Part shown: piece after piece, positions 37,316 to 48,610 of the stretch
Layout of the letters: every line of letters begins with the position of its first letter
How positions within the stretch are numbered: position 1 is the first letter of the stretch
Assembly: GCF_000143415.4 (NCBI RefSeq)
Contig: NW_003314279.1
Span: 206,831-270,830, forward strand
Length of the DNA: 64,000 bases
Source of the DNA: Selaginella moellendorffii
Lineage: Eukaryota > Plantae > Lycopodiophyta
Direction of reading: 5' to 3'
Notes under the pieces: model-generated
The model's database searches: none
What the model saw: only the letters and a program-made list of their open reading frames with translations
Told to the model about the DNA's origin: nothing
Translations under genes and position numbers: made by a program

Positions 37316-38833
37316 TCAAATGTAAGCCTGTGGGTTCAAGCGTGTGGACGGCACCAGCCTGAGTGGAGAAGCTCTGGGAACACTAAGACCAAACTTCTCC
37401 GCCATGTCCAACTCTTTGCCATCCGGCGCTGCCCAGTCAAACGCATGGAGCAAGCTTCCGAGCACGAACTGGACGGTGGTAGTCCCCAGGAGGATCCCCG
37501 GGCAGCTCCTCCTTCCCGATCCAAACGGCAGCAATTCGAAGCTCTGGCCTCTTACATCGATGTCCGGCTGCCGAAGAAACCGCTCGGGATCAAACTTGAG
37601 AGGCTCGTCCCACCACCTCGGGTCCCTCGCTATGGCATAGACATTGACGAGCGCGTGAGTTCCTGCTGGAATCACGTAACCCTCCAGCTCGCAAGCTTGG
37701 ATGGATTGGTGGGGAATGCTAAGGGGCCCTGGAGGGTGGAGGCGCAGTGTTTCCTTGACGATGGCTTGGAGGAAAGTCAGCTTTGGAAGATCAGTCTCGT
37801 CCAGGGCCCGGTTCTCTCCGACAACCTCTTTGAGCTCCTCCTGAACTTGAAGCACCATTGCTGGATTGTTTACGAGCTCGGCTAGAGCCCACTCCACCGT
37901 GACAGCAGCAGTGTCGGTCCCAGCAGCGATCATATCCTACGAAGTTACATCAATGACGGGAAGAACAAGGAACAGTTTACATACCAGGCAGAGAGCTTTG
38001 ATGGAAGTATCGCTGAGATCTTTTCTGGCCAACATCATGTCCAGGAAATCTCTGTTGCTTCCCGGCTGCTGGCGGTGCTCGACGATCTGCTTGGCCAGAT
38101 ACTCGTCGAGCTGCTTGTGGATCGCGCAGATCTTCTTGGCTTGGCCGTCCATCCATCCCAGATATGGGAAGAAGTCGGCCAGAGTGTTACTTCCAGCCAC
38201 CGTGAACGCCTCCGTGATCAAGTCTTTGAACCTTACCGCGAGTTCCCTCTCAGCGGAGCTCCCAGAGGAGTAGCTCCGGTTCATCACCATCCTCGTCATG
38301 AAGTTGAAAGTGAGATCCAGGAGCTTGGACGTGAGCTCCACAGAACTCATCTGGGAACTTTGGAGCTCCTTCAAGAGCATGGACATCTCCGTCTTCCGGA
38401 CTTGCTGGAACATCACAACGCGCTTGGCAGTGAGGAGCTCCAGAGTGCACAGCTTCCGGACGCTCCTCCAGTGATCGCCATAGGCAGCCCAGATCATCCC
38501 AGCTCCCCCATACCCGAAGTTCTCGCCGGTAATCGTCCTGGGCCTGGAAGAGAAGACGTGATCTTGCGTTTTGAGGAGCTCCCTGGCGGTCTCGGCAGTG
38601 GAGACGACGAGCGTGTTGTGGATGCCGAGCTTGAGGAGCATGAGGCCGCCATATCTCTGGGCGAGCTTCTGCAAGGACTGGTGGGGGAGCTTACCGAGGA
38701 GATGGAGATGGCCAAGGATTGGAAGTCCTGGAGGAGATGGAGGCGATTTGCTACCGCTGCCTCGGTTATCACTGACAAGCTTAAGGAAGATGAGAGCAAT
38801 GAAGAACGCAAAACCAATCCAAAGGAACTCCAT
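37316..38833 (-). CDS. Cytochrome P450, A-type/CYP71 clan, 489 aa, 2 exons (38833-37985, 37936-37316)
   Basis: Membrane anchor, PPSPPGLPILGHLHLL hinge, AAGTDT I-helix, ETLR, FDPERF and PFGSGRRSCPG heme motif. Single 48-nt intron at the A-type position. Confidence 0.95.
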
Positions 38834-41215
38834 TGATTTTTTTCAGGCACTCGCTGGAAGTAAAACGCCACTGCAATGTGACGACAATCGTTGGCGGAGT
38901 ATGCAAAGAGAGAAAGCCTATCCAATCTGCATGTTACAGTTTAATCGCTGGAGACTGAGAGGCATGGCATGAAAAATATCTAGAAATTTCAAAGTATAGA
39001 TCTTCCAGTCCACTTATGAAACTAAATTCTTATCCTTAGTAAAACTTAACATATGATGTTTCTCAAACACATTAGTTAGCTGCATCATATTTCACTCTAT
39101 GTTATAATACTAATAATATGAATATTAACAATATAGACTAAATAATCAAATGGAAAAGACAGTGGTCGAGAAAAGGAAGATATTAGCACTATTGCCAGTG
39201 ACCTCCTTACAAAGTGAAGAGTAAAAAAACGTTTTACAATTGAAGCTTTCTAGTATTAATATATACATGGATCCTAGTTCGGGATCTTTCTTTTACGTGT
39301 CCATAAGTCATGAATGACAGTTGCCGTTGCAGCATGTGCAGCAAGGTCAGACATGCTTTTCCATGCAATTATAAATGGGTTTCTCTTTACGCCTACGTTT
39401 GTGTTGGAAGTCTTTCTTCTCAGGCTGGGAGCAAAGCTAAATATGCTTCCGTGCCCACCCTCACCATATAAATAAGGGGTTCAAGATCTATCAGTAACTT
39501 ATAGAGCATGCTGTGCTGTGCTGCTGCGCTGCTAGACTGTGCTACCATGAAGCATACAACCCCTCCTCTCTTTTCCTCATTTTTCTCTCTCTCCTCTCCT
39601 TGTTCTGCTCTTCAGTGTCCAATTCTTGGTAGTTAAGAGTTTCCCATTCTTTTTCTTGCACCACTGCACAATTTAGACACATCTAGTTCCCAGAAAGCGT
39701 TTCTAGTTTTGCGGATCATGCCCTAAAATGCTGCAATCCAATTATCAATTTACTTCCTCTTGGTTCTTTTCTTTGATCATATTGCCATCTTTGATTGATA
39801 GTGATGATTGAGCTTAGAACCTTGCCATGAATTCTTTTGTATAAAGCTTGAAATTTATTCAATTGTAAAACTTCATCTTTGTTGCTTAGGTTTAGCTGAT
39901 TTAATTTAATTTTTTTTTTCCTCTTTTTGTTCTCCTTTTTTAATTTCCAAAATCTTTTTTGCAAATTTCAAACTTAATCTTTCTTTCTTTTTGACTCAAC
40001 CTCAAGCCTCTTTTGTAGAATCTTCATGAGGAGTTTCCTCCCTTTAAGTTGCTGGTTTTAAAGTTTCTATTATGGTTTCATTTTATTGTTTCACCATCTG
40101 CATATATGTTTTTAGCTATCACTTGATAAAAGAGCTTTTAATGAATATTTTATTTTCATTTATCCCTTATGGTTCCAAACAAAATCCTTTATAAGAAACA
40201 ATTTTTTGTATTTAGCTTCTATAGGCAAAATGGTGTTAAATGGAGTTTCACACAATTTCAATATATTGATAGTTTAACACAAAGATGTGGGTACCTTATC
40301 AACTAACATGGTATAAAACTTGAGTTTAAACTTAAATTGAATGCAAATTAAAAAATGATATAGCCTAGCGAAAGCTAAACTAATGTTCCAAGTGGTCAAT
40401 TATGCTTTTGACCACTATCCCTACTATACATTTAAAGTAAAATGATAATATCATGGCTAAAAGGGTATAGGATAGGTCATTTGGACATAAAAGGAAAGTT
40501 TAAGCCCTTTATTTAAGAACAAATGAGGATCAATGAACGTGATCAAATAAACTCCACCTAAGCTTCATAGTTAATTTTCTTTTTAAAAGTATGAGTTACT
40601 CTTAAGCATTTCTTTAAAAAGCCTTTTTAACACCCTTCCATGACTCAACCCTAACCCAAACATGGTTTAAAAGCACCATTTTGAAAGTTTTTTCCTTAGT
40701 GTACTATCCTTATTACTGTTGGAATGCTATATCCTATCAACCTTCTTTCAGTTGGAACGTCCCATCCCATCAACCTTTTTTGAGACCAGAAGTGGATCAA
40801 CTTCTTGATGGATTATGATTGAATTTAAATCACTTTTTTTTAAAAAAAATGGCATAGCTGCATATGCCTCATGAATCACATTTTGATTGTTATTATAACA
40901 ATCAAAACATTACTGTGCAATAAACAAAACACAAAAAAAATTCTTGCATATGAGTTAAAAAAAATATAAAAATGCGCAACCATAAATTAATTGCTATATA
41001 AATCCAGTAAAGAGGTCTTCCACTCCCCATATTAATGATCTGATCTGGAATTCCAAACCATGTTACAGATCTGAAATATTCAATCCCTCATCCAATAAGG
41101 GGAACGGAACTAATATTTTATCAAGGATTCTAAAAAAAGGGAAAATAATAGTTCAGACTCTCTTTCCATTTACAAGATAAGTATACAAGAAAAGCAATTA
41201 AGAATGAAACTTGGG

Positions 41216-42989
41216 TCACAAAATCTTGGACCTCTTAAATTCTGAGATATCCTGATTCACTTTCACTCGCTCAATCGGTTGGAGGCTATAATATAGCTGC
41301 CCGGTTCTTCTCTCCCACTGAAATAAAAGGGAAAACAAAAGCGTTGCTTTTGATGAATACTCTGGAGAGAACTTAGGCTAACTTTAAGTACCTCTCTTAT
41401 GTCTCGAGTTGAATGGAGCCTTGGTTCATACTTGGGCTTGAGAAGGAACTTGCTGTTGTGCTGAAATTATAATAGAAAAGGCTGTGAGGCGCAAGAAACT
41501 AAAAGAAGGTAAATTCTCTACCTTTGCAATTAGAGCGGCTAGCTCGTCACCTGCAACTCCATAAGCTCTTGCCTTCGCTGGTGGTCCTTTAGTGTCGGGA
41601 GATACTCTAGCCATTTTAGTGCTTTTCCTCTCGGTCGAAGCTCGCAAAGACTTTGGAGTCTGCATTGTGATCGAGCAGTTTGCAAGCTAAAAAGAGAAGG
41701 CATACCTTTAGGCGTGGAGATTTGCATGAAAGCCTCCGCCTTTGCACCATCACTCCATCGCTGCGTCCGATGCTAAAAGTTCCATTGGAGTTCTTGCCAA
41801 ACTCAAATGTTGCCAGGCTCTTCCTCACGTTCATAAGCTTCGGCTTTTTCAGCTGGCCAAGTGCTGATTTTCCCCGTGTCGGTGTGCTAGAGTTCTCTTT
41901 GTTCCTGAGCGGGCTTCCAGTCGCATTCCTGCTTGGCTTGGTGCTACCTTCGTGATTGCTTGTCCCGGAAAGAGTCACACAAGCAATACTTGCTCTGACT
42001 CGCTGCGTTCGGACGTGTATATCGCAAGGAGCATCTGTGTCATCGCCTCTCTTCATTTGCTTCGAGCTCGAAAGAGAATCGTCCAGTGGGTTGCTGTCCG
42101 AAGCAGTTTGGACCTCTTCGTTGGTTCGTAGCCTGGCCATCAAAGTTGCCAGCAACTTTGCCGAGAAACTCTCGCTCGGACTAGAACCAATACTGTTCTC
42201 ACTCCTTTCCTGCTTACCATCCTTGCCATCTTCTTTTCTGAAACGTAAAAACCATCACAAGAGAGCCACTACGAAGTCAGAGATCAAACCTTATCTCGCA
42301 AGCCGGCCGCAGTTGAATTCGCTTTGGTTTGCTAGGCAATAGTCGACCATTCTCATGGTTCTTGAGCTCACTCCTTTCCTGAGAAGACTCCAGAGATAGA
42401 CTTTGCTCCGAGGAGCTTGTCACCTCTTTAGACGTGAAGTTAAGCTCTTCGTTGGCCACCTCCTGCTTAAAGTCCGAGCAAGGAGCAAACACAAGTTCTT
42501 CCAGAGGTGTCTCATGATGCCTGGATGAGATGCAAAACAGCAAAGAATTTTCGCAGTGAGAAAACAAAGAAGTAAACAAACTTACGGATGATGTTGGTAA
42601 AACCATGGATCATCCCTGCAACGCTATCAAAACGTAAGCTTCCAATCACACTAGAGAACCAATCAAACTAGAGAAGAATTCTCACCCCTCCGTGCCTTCT
42701 AGCGACGCTTCCACGGACAAATCTACCCATTGCGGAGCCTCAATGTGCTCCTGCAAGCGCAATTCAGAGCATCAGTCCCATACATTCTCGTTCTGCAAGA
42801 ACAAGAAGGCCATGGAAATTTCTCGCGCTTGAGGCCAATCGAGGAGAAACAGCGTACCAGATAGTCCCAGTACTCAATCGCAAGAGGATTTTGCGCCGCA
42901 GCGATTGACAATTGGAACGCTTTCACTGCCAGTGACGACGAGCCCGTGGAGAGCCCGCATTCGCGCATTTGCACGCCCTTGAGCGCCAT
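41216..42989 (-). CDS. Uncharacterised multi-exon protein with TPX2 Aurora-binding-like N-terminal motif, low-complexity middle and compact C-terminal domain
   Basis: Spliced reading YWDYL/EHIEAPQWVDLSVE...DDPWFYQHHP, then an S/K/R-rich region, then LAALIAK/HNSKFLLKPKYEPRLHSTRDIRE/WERRTGQLYYSLQPIERVKVNQDISEFKRSKIL*. Confidence 0.75.
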
Positions 42990-43183
42990 CCCAGCTCCCA
43001 ACCAAAAGCCCTAAACATCAAAGCTTTAGCCTTTAGCTAACATACTAAAATTTCTTTTAGGGCTAGGGCTAGAGTTGTTTGATAGCGATATGGCGATGGC
43101 AGGCAATCCCTAGGCCCTGGCAGTGATCTAGAATCGCGAGCATTGGAGCTGGCTTCCATCGAATCCAGCTAGGGATCGCGGAT

Positions 43184-45913
43184 ATGGGATCGATGAGGCC
43201 TTCGATTCGATCCAAGGCGTCGGGACCGGTCGGGCAGCACTTGGCAAATGGAGGTATCGCGCGAGAGGAGCTCTCAGTGTTTGAATCCGAGTCTTTCGAC
43301 GCGGATTCTTACGTCCAAGGCAAGTGCCAGTCCATGAGCGAGAAGGTAAGAGGAGAAAACTAGAGAATGAGCTTCCCATGTTCTTACACAAGTGATTTGG
43401 CAATTCTCCAGGGAATCCGGAAGCTATGCTCAGAGCTTACCGAGCTGAAAAGGGACTCGGCAGAGGAGATGAGGAAGAGCGTCTACGCAAACTACTCGGC
43501 ATTCATCCAGTAAGTTCTAGTTCTAGTCCGGGGATCGAGAGGAAAGAAAAGAGTGAAGAACAGGAAACCAGGAATGAAAAACTAAATTTTGCACTGGCAG
43601 GACGTCACGAGAGATCTCAGATCTGGAGTGTGAGTTAGTCTCGATGCGGAATCTCCTCACCACTCAAGCAGCGCTCGTCCACAAGCTCGCAGAGGTACAA
43701 TTACCTCCGATGATAAGTGAGAATGGTGGATCCTTACCTCATGAAAACGGGCATGTAGATGACGACTCAACCTCGGCGTCGGAAACCGAGGCCAGGGCTC
43801 TGCTCGACGTTACTGACATCTACATTGCCGAGAGGAAGATAGAAAAGGCCCTGGACGCCTTGCAACGTTGTGAAGCGCTGCTCCGGCCGCTCAAGAGCAG
43901 CAACAGCCTGGAGCAGCTTTTTATGGACCAGCGGCTCCGGCTTACAGAACTTTTGACGCAGTTCGCAAAGCAGCCTTCGATCCGGAGCGCAGAGCTCCGC
44001 TCGGTTATCTCCGCCCTAGACAGACTCGGGGATGGCCCGCATGCACACACTCTTCTGCTGTATTCCCACCACGATCGACTGCAGCGAGCTATCGCCAACC
44101 TCCGTCCCAGCGGCACTTCTTACGGTGGTGCCTACACAGCTGGGCTCTGTCAGCTAGTCTTCTCACACATCGCGCAGGCCGCGAGGAGTTCTACCGCGGT
44201 TTTTGGAGAGCAGCCATCGTATGCATCCGAGCTGGTTCTCTGGGCACGCGGCGAGACTGAAAACTTCGTGGCGCTGATAAAGAAGCATGTACTTTCGGCC
44301 TCGGCAGCATCAGGTGGCCTGCGAGCTGCGGCGGAGTGCGTACAGATTGCTCTTGGCCACTGCACGCTGCTGGAAGGTTACGGCCTTGCGCTGAGTCCCG
44401 TGCTTACAATGATGGTGAAGCCGAGTGTGGAGCAGGCGCTGGACGCCAACTTGCGAAGAATAGAGGACAGCGTCAGTGTTTTAGCTGCCGCGGACGACTG
44501 GACTTTGGTGCAGCCGCCACCCCGTACTGGCTTGCGTGCGGCCTCGTCGATCCTGTTTCCTCCTCATTTGAAGCTGTCTACGAGTGCTTATCGTTTCATT
44601 TCTATGGTCCAGGTATGTGAAGCGATTGATGCCTCAGTTCTTATCCTTGTTTTCGTACTTATCCTTGTTTTCATGCTTGCGCTGGCAGGACTTTGTCGAC
44701 GACGTTACGCCTTTGACGAGCATGCATCTCACGAGCACGACACTTGATGGTGTGGCTCGCCTCTTCGACTCGTTTGTTCATCTCCTCATGAGGGCGATGC
44801 CAGCTGCCATCGACGATGAGGACGTTCCCGAGATCACAGACAACCTCAGCATCAAGGTGGCCGACACCGACGCTGAGAAGCTTTCCCTGTTGGCCAACGC
44901 GGCAGCTATGGCCGACGAGCTGCTACCCCGGACGATCGTAAAGATCCTGCCTTTGAAAGACAGAGAAGAGAGCCGCATGAGGCGGTCGCTGGACAAGCCA
45001 GCGACGGGTGTGCGGTCCGAGCACAGGGAGTTCCGGCGGAGAACGCAGCGTGCCGTGGACAAGCTGCGCGATCGCTTCTGCCAGAAGTACGCGCTGGAGC
45101 TCATCTACACCGACGAGGGGGAGTCCCTGCTAAGTGCCGACCTCTATCTGGGACTGGACAACGACGGTGACACTGCCAACTCCGCCTGGCTTGACGATCC
45201 AATGCCTTCTCCGGTCTTCCAGGTACTGTTTGTTTCCATCTTCACTTATTGCGAAGCTTCTAACTTATTCCGAACTTTCGCAGACACTATTCGAGAGGAT
45301 CAAGACAATAGCAGCCGCCGGTGGCGACGTGATGTCTGGGAGGGAAAGATTCGTGACAGTTCTCTTGATACGGCTCGTTGAAACCGTGGTGCTCTATCTT
45401 TCCTCTGATCAAGACTTTTGGGAGGACATCGAAGATGGTCCCAGACCGCTGGGGCCAGTCGGCCTTCAACAGGTTCGTTCTTTTCTTCTTTTCTTCTTTT
45501 CTCTCTTATCTTCCGTGTCTCATTCTTGTTTGTTGCGTTGCGTGAAAGCAGATGGTGCTGGACATGAAGTTTGCGGTTCAAATGGCTGGCCAAGTGAATC
45601 ACTCCTCTTTGAGACATCTAAGGCAGCTCGTGGAAGACTTGATCGCACGAGCTATTGACGCTTACGCTGCGACCGGGATGGATCCTTACAGGTTCTTCGC
45701 GATTTCCTTTCGACTTTACAGACATGTTTGTCTCACTTTTCTTTTTCTCTTTCTCTTCTTTTCAGTGTACTGCCTGAAGAGACTTGGTTTATGGGAATGG
45801 CTCAGGAGGCGATTGACAGATTGTCTGGTGGCTGGTCGAAAGACTCAGCCAGCCCAACCGCATCGGTGTCTGCGAATTCCATCTCTTCATTGAAATCTCA
45901 TGGAAGTCCTTGA
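43184..45913 (+). CDS. EXO84B: Exocyst complex component EXO84B, multi-exon
   Basis: FDADSYVQGKCQSMSEK, SAEEMRKSVYANYSAFI, LGDGPHAHTLLL, LRPSGTSYGGAYTA, GGLRAAAECVQIALGHC, PLGPVGLQQ. Confidence 0.95.
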
Positions 45914-46091
45914 GGAAACAGGTATTCGACATTTTATCTGAAGATGGTATCACATTTCTTGTGGCATATGTATTATATCAGATTTCAAGTCTAATAAATT
46001 ATGTATGGTTACTCAATCTTGGGGAGAATTCTACTCTGTTTCATTCTGCCTATTACACGTACTACCATACTTTGCATGCTATCTTCCACGT

Positions 46092-47907
46092 TTAAACCTC
46101 TCTGAGCTCTTGGCCGCCACCTCCCTCGTCCGGCTGCCACCCGAAATACTTACAAACCTCCTCCAGCGACTTGCCTTTGGTCTCGGGCACCACGAAGAAT
46201 ATAAACACGATGGACGCGAACGCGATGGAGGCGTAGACGAAGAAGGCCCCGGACGTGGTGAGCGCTTCGGCCAGGCTCAAGTAAGTGAGCGCCACGGTCC
46301 CGCTGATCCCCCTGTTCATCCCGATGGACAGGCTCATCGCCCGGGCCCTGAGAGTGAGCGGGAAGATCTCCGACGTGAGGACGTACACCGTCGGCCCGAA
46401 TCCAATGGAGAAGCTCGCCATGAAGCCGCAGATGGCGAGCATGGCGATGACCACCAACGCCACTGACGCGTGCTGTGTGCCGCTCATGTTCACCTTGGCA
46501 CCGACGTGAAGGAAGCGGAACGTCACCGCTACCGTGGTGAGCGATATGGTCATCCCGGTGGCACTGGCCAGGAGCAGCGGCCTGCGTCCCACGGTGTCGA
46601 GATAGATGGTGGCCACCAGGATGAAGAGAGTTTTCGTCAGGCCGACGGCGATGGTCATGCCCAGCACGCTCGTCCTGCTCTTCATCCCCGCCTGTGCGAA
46701 AACCGTCGGGCTGTAGTACACGAGAGCGTCCACGCCGGATGCCTGCTGGAAGAAGTGAATTCCCAGTGACAACAGTAGCATCCTGCGCACCGGAGCCGAT
46801 GGTAGCAGTAGCTGCTTCCAGACGTTGCTACCTCTTTTTCTTTTTGGCTTAAGCATCGGCTTCCTCTGCTCGGTGGTCGACGAAGCCACCGACGGGATCT
46901 TGCGCAGCTCCGCCTGCTGATCGGCTTCAGGGTCCATCTTTGAGGTGTGCTCGTCCCGGACCTCTTGTTTCTCTGCCTCGTACTCGTCCCCCAGTGACTC
47001 TACTATCGCCGTGAGCCTCGACTCGGCCTCGGCCTTGTTCCCGCCGCAAGTTCTGATGAGAACGGTCTTGGCTTGAGAGACTCTCCCTTGCATCACCAGC
47101 CAGCGAGGAGACTCGGGCATCACCAGCACGGCGCAAGCCAGGAACACCGCAGGGACGGCGCCGAGTCCCAGCATCAGCCTCCATCCCAGCCACTGGGGAA
47201 GCGGAGAGAGTGCAAAGTTCGCTACGTAGCCAACCAGGATCCCAGTGTTGATAAAAACTTCGGCAAACGACACCAAGGATCCCCTGCTTCCGGGAGGAGA
47301 GAGTTCTGCCGTGTACACTGGAGCGATGATCATAGCAAAGCCGACCCCAATTCCCGATAGAACTCGTCCACCCATGAGCACTGGGTACGATGGAGATAAT
47401 GCCATGAGCAAGGCACCAACGAAGAAGATCACAGAGGCTGTAGCCATTGTCTTCCTTCTTCCAACCGCATCGGCCAGCTTCCCAGCCATGAGCCCACCCA
47501 CGAGAGACACCAGGTTGAGAATACCAACCAGTATTTCCTGCTGTACGCTGTTGAGCTTGAAGTCATCTTTAATGTACAGCAAGGCACCACTCATAACACC
47601 AATATCTGCACAAAAAGTAATGAGATCCAACACACATCCAAAGGAAGAAGAAGAACGTACCATATCCAAGCAGTATAGAGTTGAGAGAAGCCAGCAATGT
47701 GCAAAACACAACATACTTGTTGTAGTTCTTCTTTCTTCCGCCAGGAACTGTCTCGACTTCTGCTGCTGGTGCTGCTGGTGCTACTGGTGCTGAAGAATTA
47801 CCTCCTGAAAGTCTTCCTTCCAGATTTCTAGCTGAATCGAACAGACCCTTCCTTCCATGTTCTGAGGACTCGGATGGCTCACGAGCAAGACGGGAGCGCT
47901 CTTCCAT
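46092..47907 (-). CDS. Polyol/monosaccharide transporter (MFS sugar porter, PLT/PMT-like), 2 exons
   Basis: LASLNSILLGY/DIGVMSGA, DAVGRRKT, PVYTAELSP, MPESPRWL, FFQQASGVDALVYYSP, PETKGKSLEE. First in-frame ATG is 47907. Confidence 0.93.
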
Positions 47908-48610
47908 CCTTCCCCTTCCTCCGCAGCAACTGGCGCCGTTTAAATTGGAGTTGGGTGAGACCACAGAGCCTACTGAGTCCTTCACCGTCCAGACATCACT
48001 GTCAGACTCTTGTTTTTCTAAGCAGATCCTTTTGGGCCGTGCCACGCATCAATAAACGAGCGAAGACTCGTATAGTCGAACAAAGATATCCTGCATTCAA
48101 GACACAGCCATTAGCCCCGGTTCCGATGCTACAATCAAACGGAGTCTTTTAATTGTTTTCATCCTTTCTTTTTCCTGCCTTTTCTCACACAAACGCTTGA
48201 CCCGGAAGTCCTCGACACTCAACGGAAGACTGTCAGCTACAAAGTCAAGACTAGCGCACTATCATGATGCCACACGTCACAGGAAACAAGATTTCAAAGA
48301 AACTAAAGAAAAATGACAACCAAGCAAACATTCGGAAACCGCAGACCGCAGAAACGACGTACTAAGCTCCGTCGCTAAAAGACGTACGTTTCTTTAAGGT
48401 AACTCTCAGCCATACCATGCCATGTGTTCGTTGGACAAATTCGTCACAAATCAGACCGCGCCGAGTTCTGACAAGTAGACCCCGCTAACTTCAGATGTTG
48501 ACTCGGCCCAGCCTTTCTTGTATGTATTATATTCCTACAAGCCCGTGATTCCACCTACAAAAAAGAAACAGTATTATACAACCAACGTCAGAACAGCGCC
48601 AACGTACCGC

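Larger units (their letters stand above)
34681..39015. repeat. Segmental duplication, copy B
   Basis: Collinear with 13863-15900 plus 19490-21750. The junction near 36750-36777 omits both germin genes. Confidence 0.9.

Noticed and set aside
39460-39640. Small secreted-peptide gene after a TATA-like box
   Set aside because: The hydrophobic stretch is out of frame with the available ATGs and no second exon was identified.
3542-45913. Trafficking gene cluster (RabGAP, VPS54, EXO84B)
   Set aside because: Different complexes scattered among unrelated genes; expected by chance in a gene-dense genome.
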